Under the pieces are notes generated by a model, which was not told where the DNA came from, did no database searches, and saw only the letters and a list, made by a program, of their open reading frames with translations. Position numbers and translations under genes: made by a program. This document shows, piece by piece, positions 23,301 through 32,486 of a DNA stretch of 41,892 nt (positions within the stretch are counted from its first letter, which is position 1; each line of letters opens with the position of its first letter). Source of the stretch: a virus (Duplodnaviria > Caudoviricetes); IMG/VR virus record IMGVR_UViG_3300040985_001119, positions 1 through 41,892 of that record; one strand, written 5' to 3'.

Positions 23301-23411
23301 ATGATGAAAATGATACCTCAGTATAAATCGACAGCAGTGAAGACGTCCAAGAAGGTCAGCAAGGAACAAGCTCCCGGAAACTCTAAGGGTGGGATAAAAT
23401 CTCTGAAGTAG
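23301..23411 (+). CDS. Short basic leader ORF (36 aa)
   Basis: AAGGA RBS directly after PK2; Lys-rich; overlaps the TerL 5' end. Confidence 0.45.
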   Translation: MMKMIPQYKSTAVKTSKKVSKEQAPGNSKGGIKSLK

Positions 23412-24871
23412 ACGTTCTCTTTAGCCCGAACTCTCCTTATCAGGAGTTGTTCTGCACGACAACAGCCAGGGAAGTCTTGGGCGGTGGGTTACCAGGTGGA
23501 GGCAAATCGCAGTGCGGAATGGCGATACCCCTCTGTCACACATACGACGGAACGAACGTCCTGGTGCATCACCCCAGATTTGAGATGGTGGTGTTCCGGA
23601 GGAAAGAGACACAGCTCGGCAACCTGATAAAGTTCGCAGAGGAGCTTTATACCCCTTTAGGTGCGGTACATTCGGACCAGAAGATGATGTGGACGTTTCC
23701 ACAGGGTGGTATCTGCAAATTAACACATATGAGGACCGAGAACGATTGGGATCAGGTGCAGGGACACGAAGTGACGATAATGCTCTTCGATGAGGTAGCC
23801 GAGTTCTCCGAGAATCAGTACATAATGGCTACACTCTGGGCACGTCCCGGAGCACCTGAACTACCGAGTTACATAAGATGTACGTCTAACCCCCGTGGAC
23901 CGGGAGTATCGTGGGTTAAGAAGAGGTTCGTAAAACGATGCACACCCTTCGACCTACATGAAATACCGACAGGAAAGACCGAGGCCGGAGAGGATTTACT
24001 TTCAACGAGGCAATTTATACCGTGGGGATTTAGGCAGAACCCCGACCTTGGATTCAAGAGTCAGGAGTACGAGGCTGAATTAGCGAAAATACCGAATCCG
24101 ACATTAAGAAAGGCGATGCTCTCCGAGAATGTGATGGACGCCTGGGACACGATGATCGGTTCTTTCTTCGATTTTGACGGAGCAAGACACATCGTCACGA
24201 AGGACAAGGAGCAGACGATACGTGACTACCTCTCTCAAGTCCCTACAACGAGAATAGAAGCGTTCGATTACGGAGGAAATGCCCCTACGTGTATGCTCTG
24301 GATGGAGATGGACCCCGAAGGAGTCATTTACGTTACCGACGAGCACTATGTGGAAGATGAGCCTTTAGAAGATGTCCACATACCCCTGATGAAGGAGATC
24401 AGGCATCGCACGGGAGCAGGAGAGATAACGGTTGCTGACCCTTCGATAAAAGCACGTAAGACTAAGTATATCTCGTACACAGATAGAAGCATAGCGCAGA
24501 TAATGACCGATGCGGGGTTCTTCATTAAGGGTGCTGACAACAGGCACGAACAGGGGTTTGAGCAGATACATCACGGATTGTTTACAGATGGGACAACATC
24601 CCCGAAGATACAGATCTTTGAGAGCTGCATAAACCTGATCGAGGAGATGCTTGAGGCTGTAGTCTCCGACAACGACCCGAATAAGATTTCAAAGGAGTGC
24701 TCCGACCACGCGATAGATCCTTTAAGATACGGGCTTATGCACTTGGTATCTCCCGTTCCAGACAGAGAAAGAGACGGGATACCCGCAGGAAGTGCCGGAG
24801 CAGCCTTACAGGATATACAGTTTAAGAAGCACTTTCACCGAAGAGGTCGATTCGCACGGAGTTTGAGATGA
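23399..24871 (+). CDS. terL: Terminase large subunit
   Basis: Walker A GGLPGGGKS, Walker B MLFDEV, coupling motif TSNP, nuclease AFDYG and DHAIDPLRY; adenine-binding segment FSPNSPYQELF lies upstream of the called TTG at 23447. Confidence 0.92.
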   Translation: MSEVDVLFSPNSPYQELFCTTTAREVLGGGLPGGGKSQCGMAIPLCHTYDGTNVLVHHPRFEMVVFRRKETQLGNLIKFAEELYTPLGAVHSDQKMMWTFPQGGICKLTHMRTENDWDQVQGHEVTIMLFDEVAEFSENQYIMATLWARPGAPELPSYIRCTSNPRGPGVSWVKKRFVKRCTPFDLHEIPTGKTEAGEDLLSTRQFIPWGFRQNPDLGFKSQEYEAELAKIPNPTLRKAMLSENVMDAWDTMIGSFFDFDGARHIVTKDKEQTIRDYLSQVPTTRIEAFDYGGNAPTCMLWMEMDPEGVIYVTDEHYVEDEPLEDVHIPLMKEIRHRTGAGEITVADPSIKARKTKYISYTDRSIAQIMTDAGFFIKGADNRHEQGFEQIHHGLFTDGTTSPKIQIFESCINLIEEMLEAVVSDNDPNKISKECSDHAIDPLRYGLMHLVSPVPDRERDGIPAGSAGAALQDIQFKKHFHRRGRFARSLR

Positions 24872-25023
24872 CAGAGCTTGAGCAGGCATGGCAGGAATTG
24901 ACGCCATTTCAGAGACAGAAACTTACGAAAGAGTGGAAGAGAAAGGTGAGGAAGGCTAAACGTGCCCAAACTGACGTCAACGCAGGTGCAGAACAGAATA
25001 AGCATCGCCAAAAGGCAGGCTAA
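24868..25023 (+). CDS. Small basic protein (51 aa)
   Basis: ATGA overlap with terL; GGAG RBS. Confidence 0.4.
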   Translation: MTELEQAWQELTPFQRQKLTKEWKRKVRKAKRAQTDVNAGAEQNKHRQKAG

Positions 25024-27160
25024 CGACAGGTACGACGAGTGGGAAGAATCCCTCCGCATGGTCTTGAATCGGTGGGACATTCGCGTAGATACCAACGAGC
25101 CTCGCCTTGCCCCCAATATAGTCTATTCTACGTATCGGAGGCTTCTCGCTTCTCTGAACTACAACGACCCTGAATTTTACACGCTGGCGATGGACAGGGA
25201 TGCTCTTGACTACGAGGATGCCGTCTCCGGTACTTTGCAATACTACTGGAAGACCTTGAATGTGCCCGATCAGTCTCGTTTAGCCATAGCAGATGCCATC
25301 CTGTACCCCTACGGGGTTTTGCAGTTGGGTATGAGCAGGGCCTATCAGACGGAGAAGGAAGTATTCAAGGCTGAAGAGAGCGACACAGATGCTTTAGAAG
25401 AGAACATAGAACTATTCCAAGGCTCTCCTGTCTTCGTGCGTGAGGGCGACGACCACGAAATACATATCCAGAGGCACACAGAACTAAGGCAGTCCGACGA
25501 GATCCTCTCGATGCCGCAGGAGCAGATGGACGCCATCCTCGATGCGATAGACGAGCATATTGAAGAGCATAGTAACTTTGTAATTGGTGAGGGTGATAAT
25601 TACTCCCAGTGGGAGCCAGACTCTCAGCAGAAGCCCTTCATCAGGCGCAGGCGTCCCCATGATTTCTTCTGGGAGCCTGGGACATCCTTGTTGGACGAGT
25701 CGGGCTATGTGATGCTGAGAACCTGGCCTCGCGTTGCGGACGTTATGAGTAACCCTAGATTGAAGAATAAAGACCATATACAGGCTACGCAGATAGATCC
25801 CCATCTCGCGGACTTATTTGATTCTAACGAGATGGACATGAGTGATGATGATGTCGGAAGAGTGGCTCTGTGGGATGTGTACGATATACGGAATAAGACG
25901 TGGGAGACATGGAGCGAGGGGTCTGATAAGCCCCATTTCGTGTACGAAGATGCTGCTACCGGCTCTCACTGGCCCTACAGACATATGGAGGGCTATCCGT
26001 TCGTTGTGATCGCGCTGAATACGATCCCTGACAGGATAGCAGGTCCGGCAGTATCAGAATACTTGAAGCATCCGCAGGATCTGGCGATGCAGCTCTATGA
26101 GAATATCGCTACCCATTCTTTGAGGGCCAATGCGAAGTACGAGGTCCTCCTGAAGAATATAGATGGCAATCAGGATGCGGCTATCTCGGCTCTTGAGAAC
26201 TCGGATCAGCAGGCGGTGATTCCTGTTAAGGAGATGAACTCTGTCAAACCGATACAACCTTCACAGTTAGATCCGGCGATCTTCGGTGCTCTAAATCTCA
26301 ACCAGCAGACGGTGCAGGAGAACTCAGGTTTAGTTGACTCCGCGAGAGGGCAGGTGACGGGGGCTTCAGCGACGGAGACATCTCAGGCTGCATCATCTAC
26401 GAACATCCTTTTAGGGGATAATCTCGGCACTGTGATAATGAGATATACACAGCTCTCTGAGAAGCTCTTGGGAGCATTGAAGCAGTACGGCCCGGAGATG
26501 TTTGCTCTCAGAGATCTGAGATACCAGGAGAGGTGGATCGAGTACAAGCGAGAGAATCTCCTTTATGAGTTCCAGATAAAGGTGGAGATACCAGCTCCCG
26601 GCGACGAGACGAAACTTCAGGTGGCATGGATCAATCTGCATCATGAGTTGCAGAACTCCCCGAATGTACAGGGAGAGGGTATGCGGGAGATCCAGCGGCA
26701 GATGGTTAAAAGCTATGGTATCGAGCCTGACAGAGTTATTAGAGGCCCTGGTGTATCTTCTGAGATGATGGTGACCTACGAGCACGCTTTGATGCAGCAG
26801 GGACAAGCCTTAGAGCCTGTTCCCGGAGAAGATTATTCTTATCATATCGAGCAGCATACGCAGGTTCTTTCTCAGCTTCAAACACAGATGCAGCAGGTAG
26901 CGATGCAGGTAGTGTCTCAGGCGGCGCAGCAGAACCCGCAGATAGCGCAGGATGCGAACATTCAGCAGCAGATACTTTCGCAGAACCCACAGGTACAGCA
27001 GGTACAGGGGTTCTTGGGGATATTGACTCAGCACCTTGATGCTACGAAGGAGTTAGCACCGTCAGGAGGTACGGGAAGGCCACGTAGCGCAGTATCGATA
27101 CCGGAAGGTAATCCTGGAAGAGTTGACAGTATTCTCAGCGCACAGGGGAACGCAGGATGA
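24962..27160 (+). CDS. Portal protein (podovirus-type)
   Basis: 732 aa after terL; QENSGLVDSARGQ..GASATET motif; Gln-rich C-terminal barrel region. Confidence 0.85.
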   Translation: MPKLTSTQVQNRISIAKRQANDRYDEWEESLRMVLNRWDIRVDTNEPRLAPNIVYSTYRRLLASLNYNDPEFYTLAMDRDALDYEDAVSGTLQYYWKTLNVPDQSRLAIADAILYPYGVLQLGMSRAYQTEKEVFKAEESDTDALEENIELFQGSPVFVREGDDHEIHIQRHTELRQSDEILSMPQEQMDAILDAIDEHIEEHSNFVIGEGDNYSQWEPDSQQKPFIRRRRPHDFFWEPGTSLLDESGYVMLRTWPRVADVMSNPRLKNKDHIQATQIDPHLADLFDSNEMDMSDDDVGRVALWDVYDIRNKTWETWSEGSDKPHFVYEDAATGSHWPYRHMEGYPFVVIALNTIPDRIAGPAVSEYLKHPQDLAMQLYENIATHSLRANAKYEVLLKNIDGNQDAAISALENSDQQAVIPVKEMNSVKPIQPSQLDPAIFGALNLNQQTVQENSGLVDSARGQVTGASATETSQAASSTNILLGDNLGTVIMRYTQLSEKLLGALKQYGPEMFALRDLRYQERWIEYKRENLLYEFQIKVEIPAPGDETKLQVAWINLHHELQNSPNVQGEGMREIQRQMVKSYGIEPDRVIRGPGVSSEMMVTYEHALMQQGQALEPVPGEDYSYHIEQHTQVLSQLQTQMQQVAMQVVSQAAQQNPQIAQDANIQQQILSQNPQVQQVQGFLGILTQHLDATKELAPSGGTGRPRSAVSIPEGNPGRVDSILSAQGNAG

Positions 27161-27486
27161 AAATCGAATATGGGATGTATGATGAGTATATGGGGACGCC
27201 TCTTGATAGATGGTATCGGGTGGCTTACCTGAGTCAGTCGAGAGCCGTGTCAGTTTGCTATCCGATTGGTATTCATTGGGTGATTCGTGTAGGACGAAGG
27301 GTGTGGGAGTGGTCGTTACACTACCGTCCATCGAGACATGAGATCGAGATGGACGCAATAGCACGGAGATATGAAGCCAGAATCTCTCATTTCAGGGAGG
27401 AGAATACTGTCCTTCGTGAGAATAAGGACGCCATTGAGCAGTACTTTTCGCGGGTTGGTCTTGGCTTGAAGGAGTTGGGCTTGTGA
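27157..27486 (+). CDS. Hypothetical protein
   Basis: ATGA/GTGA overlaps. Confidence 0.5.
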   Translation: MKIEYGMYDEYMGTPLDRWYRVAYLSQSRAVSVCYPIGIHWVIRVGRRVWEWSLHYRPSRHEIEMDAIARRYEARISHFREENTVLRENKDAIEQYFSRVGLGLKELGL

Positions 27487-27917
27487 CAATCAGACACAGT
27501 TTCATGTGTGAGGAATGTGATACAGTAAGGGAGTTCGGAGTAGATACCGTGACTCTGCCAGATCCGATAAAGGAGTGCGTGTGTGGTGGTAATATGTTCA
27601 TCACCTACGTGACTCCTCCTAACGCCGGACAGAGTTCAGCCGTGGACAACTACTTCAACGGTGGTGTGTTCGATGAGGGGGCAGGGCAGGTATTCCACAG
27701 CCGTAAAGAACAGCAGGCATGGATGGATTCAAGGGGGCTTGAATTAGCCGAAGATATGACAGTCGAGGAGTTTGCCGAGGGAGGGCCAGCAGAAGGAAAG
27801 AAACTGGAAGTGAAGGACGATGATGTTCTCGCTGCTATGGGGAGGGCCAAGCAGAAGATATCCGAGGGTTGGAAGCCGCCGACAGAGGAAGAACTATTAA
27901 ACCGAAGGAGTAGATGA
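27483..27917 (+). CDS. FmdB-like zinc-ribbon protein
   Basis: FMCEECD...ECVCGG; typical position after the portal. Confidence 0.65.
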   Translation: MTIRHSFMCEECDTVREFGVDTVTLPDPIKECVCGGNMFITYVTPPNAGQSSAVDNYFNGGVFDEGAGQVFHSRKEQQAWMDSRGLELAEDMTVEEFAEGGPAEGKKLEVKDDDVLAAMGRAKQKISEGWKPPTEEELLNRRSR

Positions 27918-28321
27918 TGGCCGATAAGATGACGCATTTTGAACTTGTGGCTCTGGTTGAGAAGCTGCAAAGGACCGTAGAGGGGCTTGGGGGTTCTGAC
28001 GTTGAGGAGCTTAAAACAGCCATGTACCCGCAGTGCCCTACGTGCGGTGACGCCACGCATAAATACAACACGATGCAGCTTCGCAGCAAGAAGGTCCTTC
28101 GTTCCGGCACAGAGAACTACTTTGAGTGTTCCGACTGCGGAGGGTGGTTGCGCCAGGACATGAAGACTCAGATCATCAGTCAGAGTCATATCACGGCGAG
28201 AGACTACAGCATCACCTTCTCGGAGTCGGACTTGTCGAAGAGGGAGCAGGCAGAGCGGGAGACTCTCAATAGGGAGCTTTCCAAGGCTGACATGACACCG
28301 CAGGAGGCTATCGTTGTCTGA
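27914..28321 (+). CDS. Zn-ribbon protein
   Basis: CPTCG...FECSDCGGW. Confidence 0.6.
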   Translation: MMADKMTHFELVALVEKLQRTVEGLGGSDVEELKTAMYPQCPTCGDATHKYNTMQLRSKKVLRSGTENYFECSDCGGWLRQDMKTQIISQSHITARDYSITFSESDLSKREQAERETLNRELSKADMTPQEAIVV

Positions 28322-28844
28322 AGAGGGAGTGATCCAATTCGATCCCAGTGAGCTTGCCGATGCTGCCAAGGAGTGGGAGGAGAAGCAGAAGGCTAAGACT
28401 GATGCTCCCGAAGTTCCTGTAGTTAAGGGTGCTCCCGAGATCCCTAAGTACATAGAGAGGAAAGTCCCCGCTACATGGACGAAGATGGGGTCGATCTCCG
28501 GCACTGTTGGGAACAGCGGCGAGGTAAATACAGACGGGGCTACCGAGGTACGGATGGTGCCCAACCCTGCGTGGCTGGAACAGGAAAACGAGAGAAAGAT
28601 TGAGGAGAAGGTTCAATCCGCTTTAGCGGCGATAGGGGTGACACAGCCGATGACAGACCCAGAACCAGAGTTATCCACAATTCCTGAGAGGGAGGCTACC
28701 ACTTTACCCGAAATACCGGTAGTTCATCCTGAGATAGGAATGCCGGATGTAATGGAAATACAAAGGGCCTTAGAAGGGCACTATTTGGTAACGGGGTTCA
28801 CAGCCAATGGACCTGTACTTACACTTAACGTAGCGAGGGTATAA
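28314..28844 (+). CDS. Hypothetical protein
   Basis: TTG start with AGGAGG RBS. Confidence 0.6.
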   Translation: MSEEGVIQFDPSELADAAKEWEEKQKAKTDAPEVPVVKGAPEIPKYIERKVPATWTKMGSISGTVGNSGEVNTDGATEVRMVPNPAWLEQENERKIEEKVQSALAAIGVTQPMTDPEPELSTIPEREATTLPEIPVVHPEIGMPDVMEIQRALEGHYLVTGFTANGPVLTLNVARV

Positions 28845-29623
28845 TGAGCCAATTTGATTGGGAGCCTGAAACGACAGATGAGAATGTGGCCTCTAACGAC
28901 GACACATCTTCTGCCCTAGAAGACCCAATGCCAGCCGCATCCGACCAGAGCGATGCCGATGGTGACGATAATCTGGAAGATCTTTTTGCTGCTGTCCCTG
29001 AAGAAGGGCGCGAGGCTGTACGGAAAGCTGCAAATCAAGCCAAGCGTCGCATGGAAGGGAAGTTCGGTCCTGTCGTTCAAGAGAACAACGCTCTGAAGCA
29101 ACGGGAAGTGGACTACCAGCGAAGGATTGAGGAACTTGCCGCCCGAGCACCTCAACAGGCAACGCCTGCTGCGCCTGCCGGAGAGCAAGAGGAAAAGATC
29201 AAGTCGGAGCTTAAAAGGCTCGGTGTTTCCTTTCACGACCAGAATACTGAGGCTCAAAACCGTCAGCTTATGCAGATGACATACGAGACTCAGGTAGAGA
29301 GTTATCTGGACAAAGGACCTGGTAAAGCCTACGGCGACGATTTCTCAGATGACTACCGTGAGGAACTCAAGGACACCATTAGGGCTAACGGATATAATGT
29401 CCAAGCCCCGAATGTCGTGAGGGCCTTCGGTCGCGTCAAAAACCAAATCGAGCGTGAACGTACTTTGCGGAAATCGGAAGCACAGAACCGAGCACAGGTG
29501 GGGCAGGACCTTCATTCTGGCTCGGGTGCGGTAAAGCCTAATGATGCTGTCATAGATTCACAGGGCAACTTCGACTGGAATGCCACACACACCAATAAGA
29601 TACGTCGCGCCAACAGAGGATAA
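28844..29623 (+). CDS. Capsid scaffolding protein
   Basis: Acidic disordered N-terminus, coiled coil, immediately before the MCP. Confidence 0.7.
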   Translation: MSQFDWEPETTDENVASNDDTSSALEDPMPAASDQSDADGDDNLEDLFAAVPEEGREAVRKAANQAKRRMEGKFGPVVQENNALKQREVDYQRRIEELAARAPQQATPAAPAGEQEEKIKSELKRLGVSFHDQNTEAQNRQLMQMTYETQVESYLDKGPGKAYGDDFSDDYREELKDTIRANGYNVQAPNVVRAFGRVKNQIERERTLRKSEAQNRAQVGQDLHSGSGAVKPNDAVIDSQGNFDWNATHTNKIRRANRG

Positions 29624-29628
29624 GCGAC

Positions 29629-30696
29629 ATGGCAGTAAGTCTTGTTAGCAATCAGAGTACATATGCTGCTAATATGTACCTGTCAGCGACCCTTTCGGAG
29701 TACATCGAGAAGATGGCTTTCGATCAGGTCTTCAACTCAATACCGTTCTTCCAGTGGCTGTTTGGTGCTAATCAGGAGATCGCTCAGACGACTCTTGTGC
29801 AGGACCAGGTAGCCGCCAGCGGTATTCTGGATCTACGCTCGGGTGGACGTGATATTGACTTCCCGGCACGGATAGGCCAGAATACGACTGTTGACTCGTT
29901 GGAGTTCTACGACCTTGTGGACGTGACTCCTCAAGAGGGCTTCACGACACTTTCTGTGGCGTGGAAGATGTACGGTGGGTCTATCTCCGTCTCATTACAT
30001 GAAGAGCTTCTGAATGCCAATCTGGAGCAGAGGATACTTGATGTCGTGAAGGAGAAGACGTTGCAGGCGATGGCAGAGCTTAAAGATGTTCTTGCCGATC
30101 ACTTGTATCTCGGGAATAATGGATCTCTTACAAAGAGCACCGATATTCACGGAATGCCGTACTACGTCGGAACTGATCCTACGTCCGGTACAGTAGCTAC
30201 GGTGGATAACTCCGCTGTAACCTGGTTTCGGAATCAGTACAACGGAACTTCGCAGACCATTACGGACACCACTCCGTCGTTCGCGGCGAATGGGTTGAAG
30301 TATTGGTATCAGATGATGTTGGACTGCTCGGCAGGACAGGGAACGGACGAGGTGGATGCTATCTTTACGGATAAGCTCACTTCTACCTATGCCTTCCTGA
30401 AGTTGCAGCCACAGCAGAGATACACCGAGACGGACAAGGGTGATGCTGGCTTCCGTGGACGCATCTGGTTCATGGATACCCCTGTCATCTGGGACGGCAA
30501 AGCACCTTCGGGCCGTTCTTACCATCTCAACTCCCGTACCTGGAAGTTGATCGCCCATCGTGATGCGAACATGGCCTCGACGGATTTCGTTGAAGCACAG
30601 GATCAGTTCGCCCGCGTCGCCAAGGTGCTGTGGTTTGGTAATCTGGTATGTACCGAGCCTCGTCGCAACGGCGTTATCTCCGGATGGACTGCGTAA
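29629..30696 (+). CDS. Major capsid protein
   Basis: 355 aa; DQVFNSIPFFQWL, SGGRDI, WKMYGGSISVS, GFRGRIWFMDTPVIWD, WFGNLVCTEPRRNG; position after the scaffold. Confidence 0.88.
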   Translation: MAVSLVSNQSTYAANMYLSATLSEYIEKMAFDQVFNSIPFFQWLFGANQEIAQTTLVQDQVAASGILDLRSGGRDIDFPARIGQNTTVDSLEFYDLVDVTPQEGFTTLSVAWKMYGGSISVSLHEELLNANLEQRILDVVKEKTLQAMAELKDVLADHLYLGNNGSLTKSTDIHGMPYYVGTDPTSGTVATVDNSAVTWFRNQYNGTSQTITDTTPSFAANGLKYWYQMMLDCSAGQGTDEVDAIFTDKLTSTYAFLKLQPQQRYTETDKGDAGFRGRIWFMDTPVIWDGKAPSGRSYHLNSRTWKLIAHRDANMASTDFVEAQDQFARVAKVLWFGNLVCTEPRRNGVISGWTA

Positions 30697-30706
30697 GGAG
30701 ATAAAG

Positions 30707-30961
30707 ATGGCTTTCGCTTATACGGTTGACGGAGGTTCAGTGGCGGGTGATTTTCGCGTAAAGTGGGGATCGTACACCAACGGCGGTGGGGATACAGGAG
30801 GAGCTATCGTTACGGGACTTGCAACAGCCCCGATACATGGCGTCACCAATTCTACCGACGAGAACGCCATTGAGATAGTAGAGGCTTCTGGAACTCTCAC
30901 CATCGATTGCACTGATGGTGATGACGGCAAGTGGTTTGCCTTCGGTTTCGGTGGCGGTTAA
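30707..30961 (+). CDS. Small capsid decoration/cement-like protein
   Basis: 84 aa Gly/Thr-rich; AGGAGATAAAGATG start context identical to that of 31051. Confidence 0.6.
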   Translation: MAFAYTVDGGSVAGDFRVKWGSYTNGGGDTGGAIVTGLATAPIHGVTNSTDENAIEIVEASGTLTIDCTDGDDGKWFAFGFGGG

Positions 30962-30966
30962 ATTCA

Positions 30967-31036
30967 CGGGGTATGGTTCGCCCTGCCCCGCACACACTCC
31001 TTGAGTGGTCCTAATGGATGCCCGTAATGATCGGGT
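30967..31036 (+). ncRNA. Four consecutive small hairpins in the intergenic region
   Basis: CGGGGTA/TGCCCCG (UUCG-capped), CACTC/GAGTG, TCC/GGA, GCCCG/CGGGT. Confidence 0.45.
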
Positions 31037-31050
31037 GACAGGAGATAAAG

Positions 31051-31497
31051 ATGCAGTTTCAGAAGATCAACGAGAAAGACCCCGAGAAGATTTATATGAC
31101 TCGGTACAACAACTTGGCCGCAACGCTGATCGCTGGCGAGGTGATTGAGTTTGTTGAGACGGCTACTGCCGGAGCTACGGGGCTTGAGATCCGTACTCTG
31201 ACGGCGGCTGTCAATGCTACCACGGGTGTTGCCGCAGAACTTGCGGGAGTCACCACGGCAGCAGTAGCGGCTACTACTCGCTTCACAGCCCAAGTCTACG
31301 GACCGGCCAATGTGAGGACGGAGACCACGCTGACAGCAGGTAGGTTGGCTGTGGCCTCTTCGGTGAGTACCACGTCGAAAGCGGCCTTGGACATTCAGAC
31401 GACTACAACCACGGCGGCTTACGCGCAGGCTGCTTTGGGTATGAGTCTCGCAGTGACCAACGCCACGAACGCAACGATCCAGTTGCGGTTGCTGTAA
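31051..31497 (+). CDS. Thr/Ala-rich capsid decoration protein
   Basis: AGEVIEF...AGVTTAAV...FTAQVYG cement-like pattern; very high Thr/Ala content. Confidence 0.6.
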   Translation: MQFQKINEKDPEKIYMTRYNNLAATLIAGEVIEFVETATAGATGLEIRTLTAAVNATTGVAAELAGVTTAAVAATTRFTAQVYGPANVRTETTLTAGRLAVASSVSTTSKAALDIQTTTTTAAYAQAALGMSLAVTNATNATIQLRLL

Positions 31498-31503
31498 TTC
31501 CAC

Positions 31504-31528
31504 GCGGGGGAGGGAAACTTCCCCCGCA
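31504..31528 (+). promoter_or_regulatory. GC-rich hairpin between the capsid genes and the glycosyltransferase (attenuator or stabiliser)
   Basis: GCGGGGGAG-GGAAA-CTTCCCCCGC with no U tract, directly before AGGAGG. Confidence 0.5.
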
Positions 31529-31537
31529 GGAGGGTAT

Positions 31538-32380
31538 ATGCGAGAGCCGAAAGTATTGATAGCAACACCGAACTACACTAACACAATGTCTTCGGAGGCC
31601 CATGTCTCTCATATCGAGGCTATGTGTCACTGGTCCAAAATAGGGTTGGACTTCTCTGCGGACCTAGTTGGTAGGACGTTCGTTCACTTTGCACGTACAC
31701 AACTCTGCCAACTCGCGTTGGATGGAGACTTCACTCATATCTTCTGGCTTGACGATGACGCTACTATAGAACCAGATTTACTGCCGAGACTCTTAAATCA
31801 CGATAAAGATGTCGTAGTAACGCCTTACCCGATGAGACGGCCACCCCATGAGATAGGGATATTGGTCTCGTCTATTGGTGACTTCAAAAACCATGATTCA
31901 TACAGGAACTTTACCACATTGGATCTCGACCAGGGGTTGGTTCAGATCGACGGCGGTGGAACTCATGCGATGCTGATGAAGGTAGATACTTTGCTCAAGG
32001 CTGGTATCGCCGATCCTTCTTTGGAGCTGGACGACGGGTTTTACTCTCTTAAAGAAGAGAACGAGCGTGGTGCTCCCTATGTGATGATGCCGAAGAGCGG
32101 CACGGAGGATATGTATCTTTGCTACCGATTAAAACTAAAAGAAGTGGAGCTATGGTGTGATACAGACGTTTGGGCGGACCACGTTGGTTTTGCTCCAGTC
32201 ATTACTCGCGCCCATACAGAAACGATGGAAGGATTATCCCAGTCATCCGCAGAAACAAGAAATAGTATCCCGGTGCTACAGGTGCGGGAAGGACGTGACG
32301 ATGTTCTCAGCCGAAGTGGGCAGGTGTCGGCACTGCGCGGGCCAACAGTGGACAGACAGCGGAAGGCTTCGCTCTCTTGA
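31538..32380 (+). CDS. GT-A fold (family 2-like) glycosyltransferase
   Basis: KVLIATP, ARTQL, THIFWLDDD (DxD), GGTHAMLMK, TEDMYLCYR, LWCDTDVWADHVG. Confidence 0.85.
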   Translation: MREPKVLIATPNYTNTMSSEAHVSHIEAMCHWSKIGLDFSADLVGRTFVHFARTQLCQLALDGDFTHIFWLDDDATIEPDLLPRLLNHDKDVVVTPYPMRRPPHEIGILVSSIGDFKNHDSYRNFTTLDLDQGLVQIDGGGTHAMLMKVDTLLKAGIADPSLELDDGFYSLKEENERGAPYVMMPKSGTEDMYLCYRLKLKEVELWCDTDVWADHVGFAPVITRAHTETMEGLSQSSAETRNSIPVLQVREGRDDVLSRSGQVSALRGPTVDRQRKASLS

Positions 32381-32486
32381 GACGTTAAAGATTTTCTGGG
32401 AGTCCGGGACACCACCACAAGATTTGAATCTCAGGGGGTTGGAGGTGTTGAAATATCATTGGCAACACGCGATATGGTGGGAATAA
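32157..32486 (+). CDS. Small Zn-ribbon protein overlapping the GT 3' end; start uncertain
   Basis: RCYRCG...CRHCAG; stop abuts the next ATG. Confidence 0.45.
   Translation: MIQTFGRTTLVLLQSLLAPIQKRWKDYPSHPQKQEIVSRCYRCGKDVTMFSAEVGRCRHCAGQQWTDSGRLRSLETLKIFWESGTPPQDLNLRGLEVLKYHWQHAIWWE

Noticed and set aside
27650-28564. 304-aa minus-strand ORF (also 18643-19347, 29995-30558, 11525-12148, 13468-14088)
   Set aside because: Antisense shadows of well-supported + strand genes; no motifs or RBS
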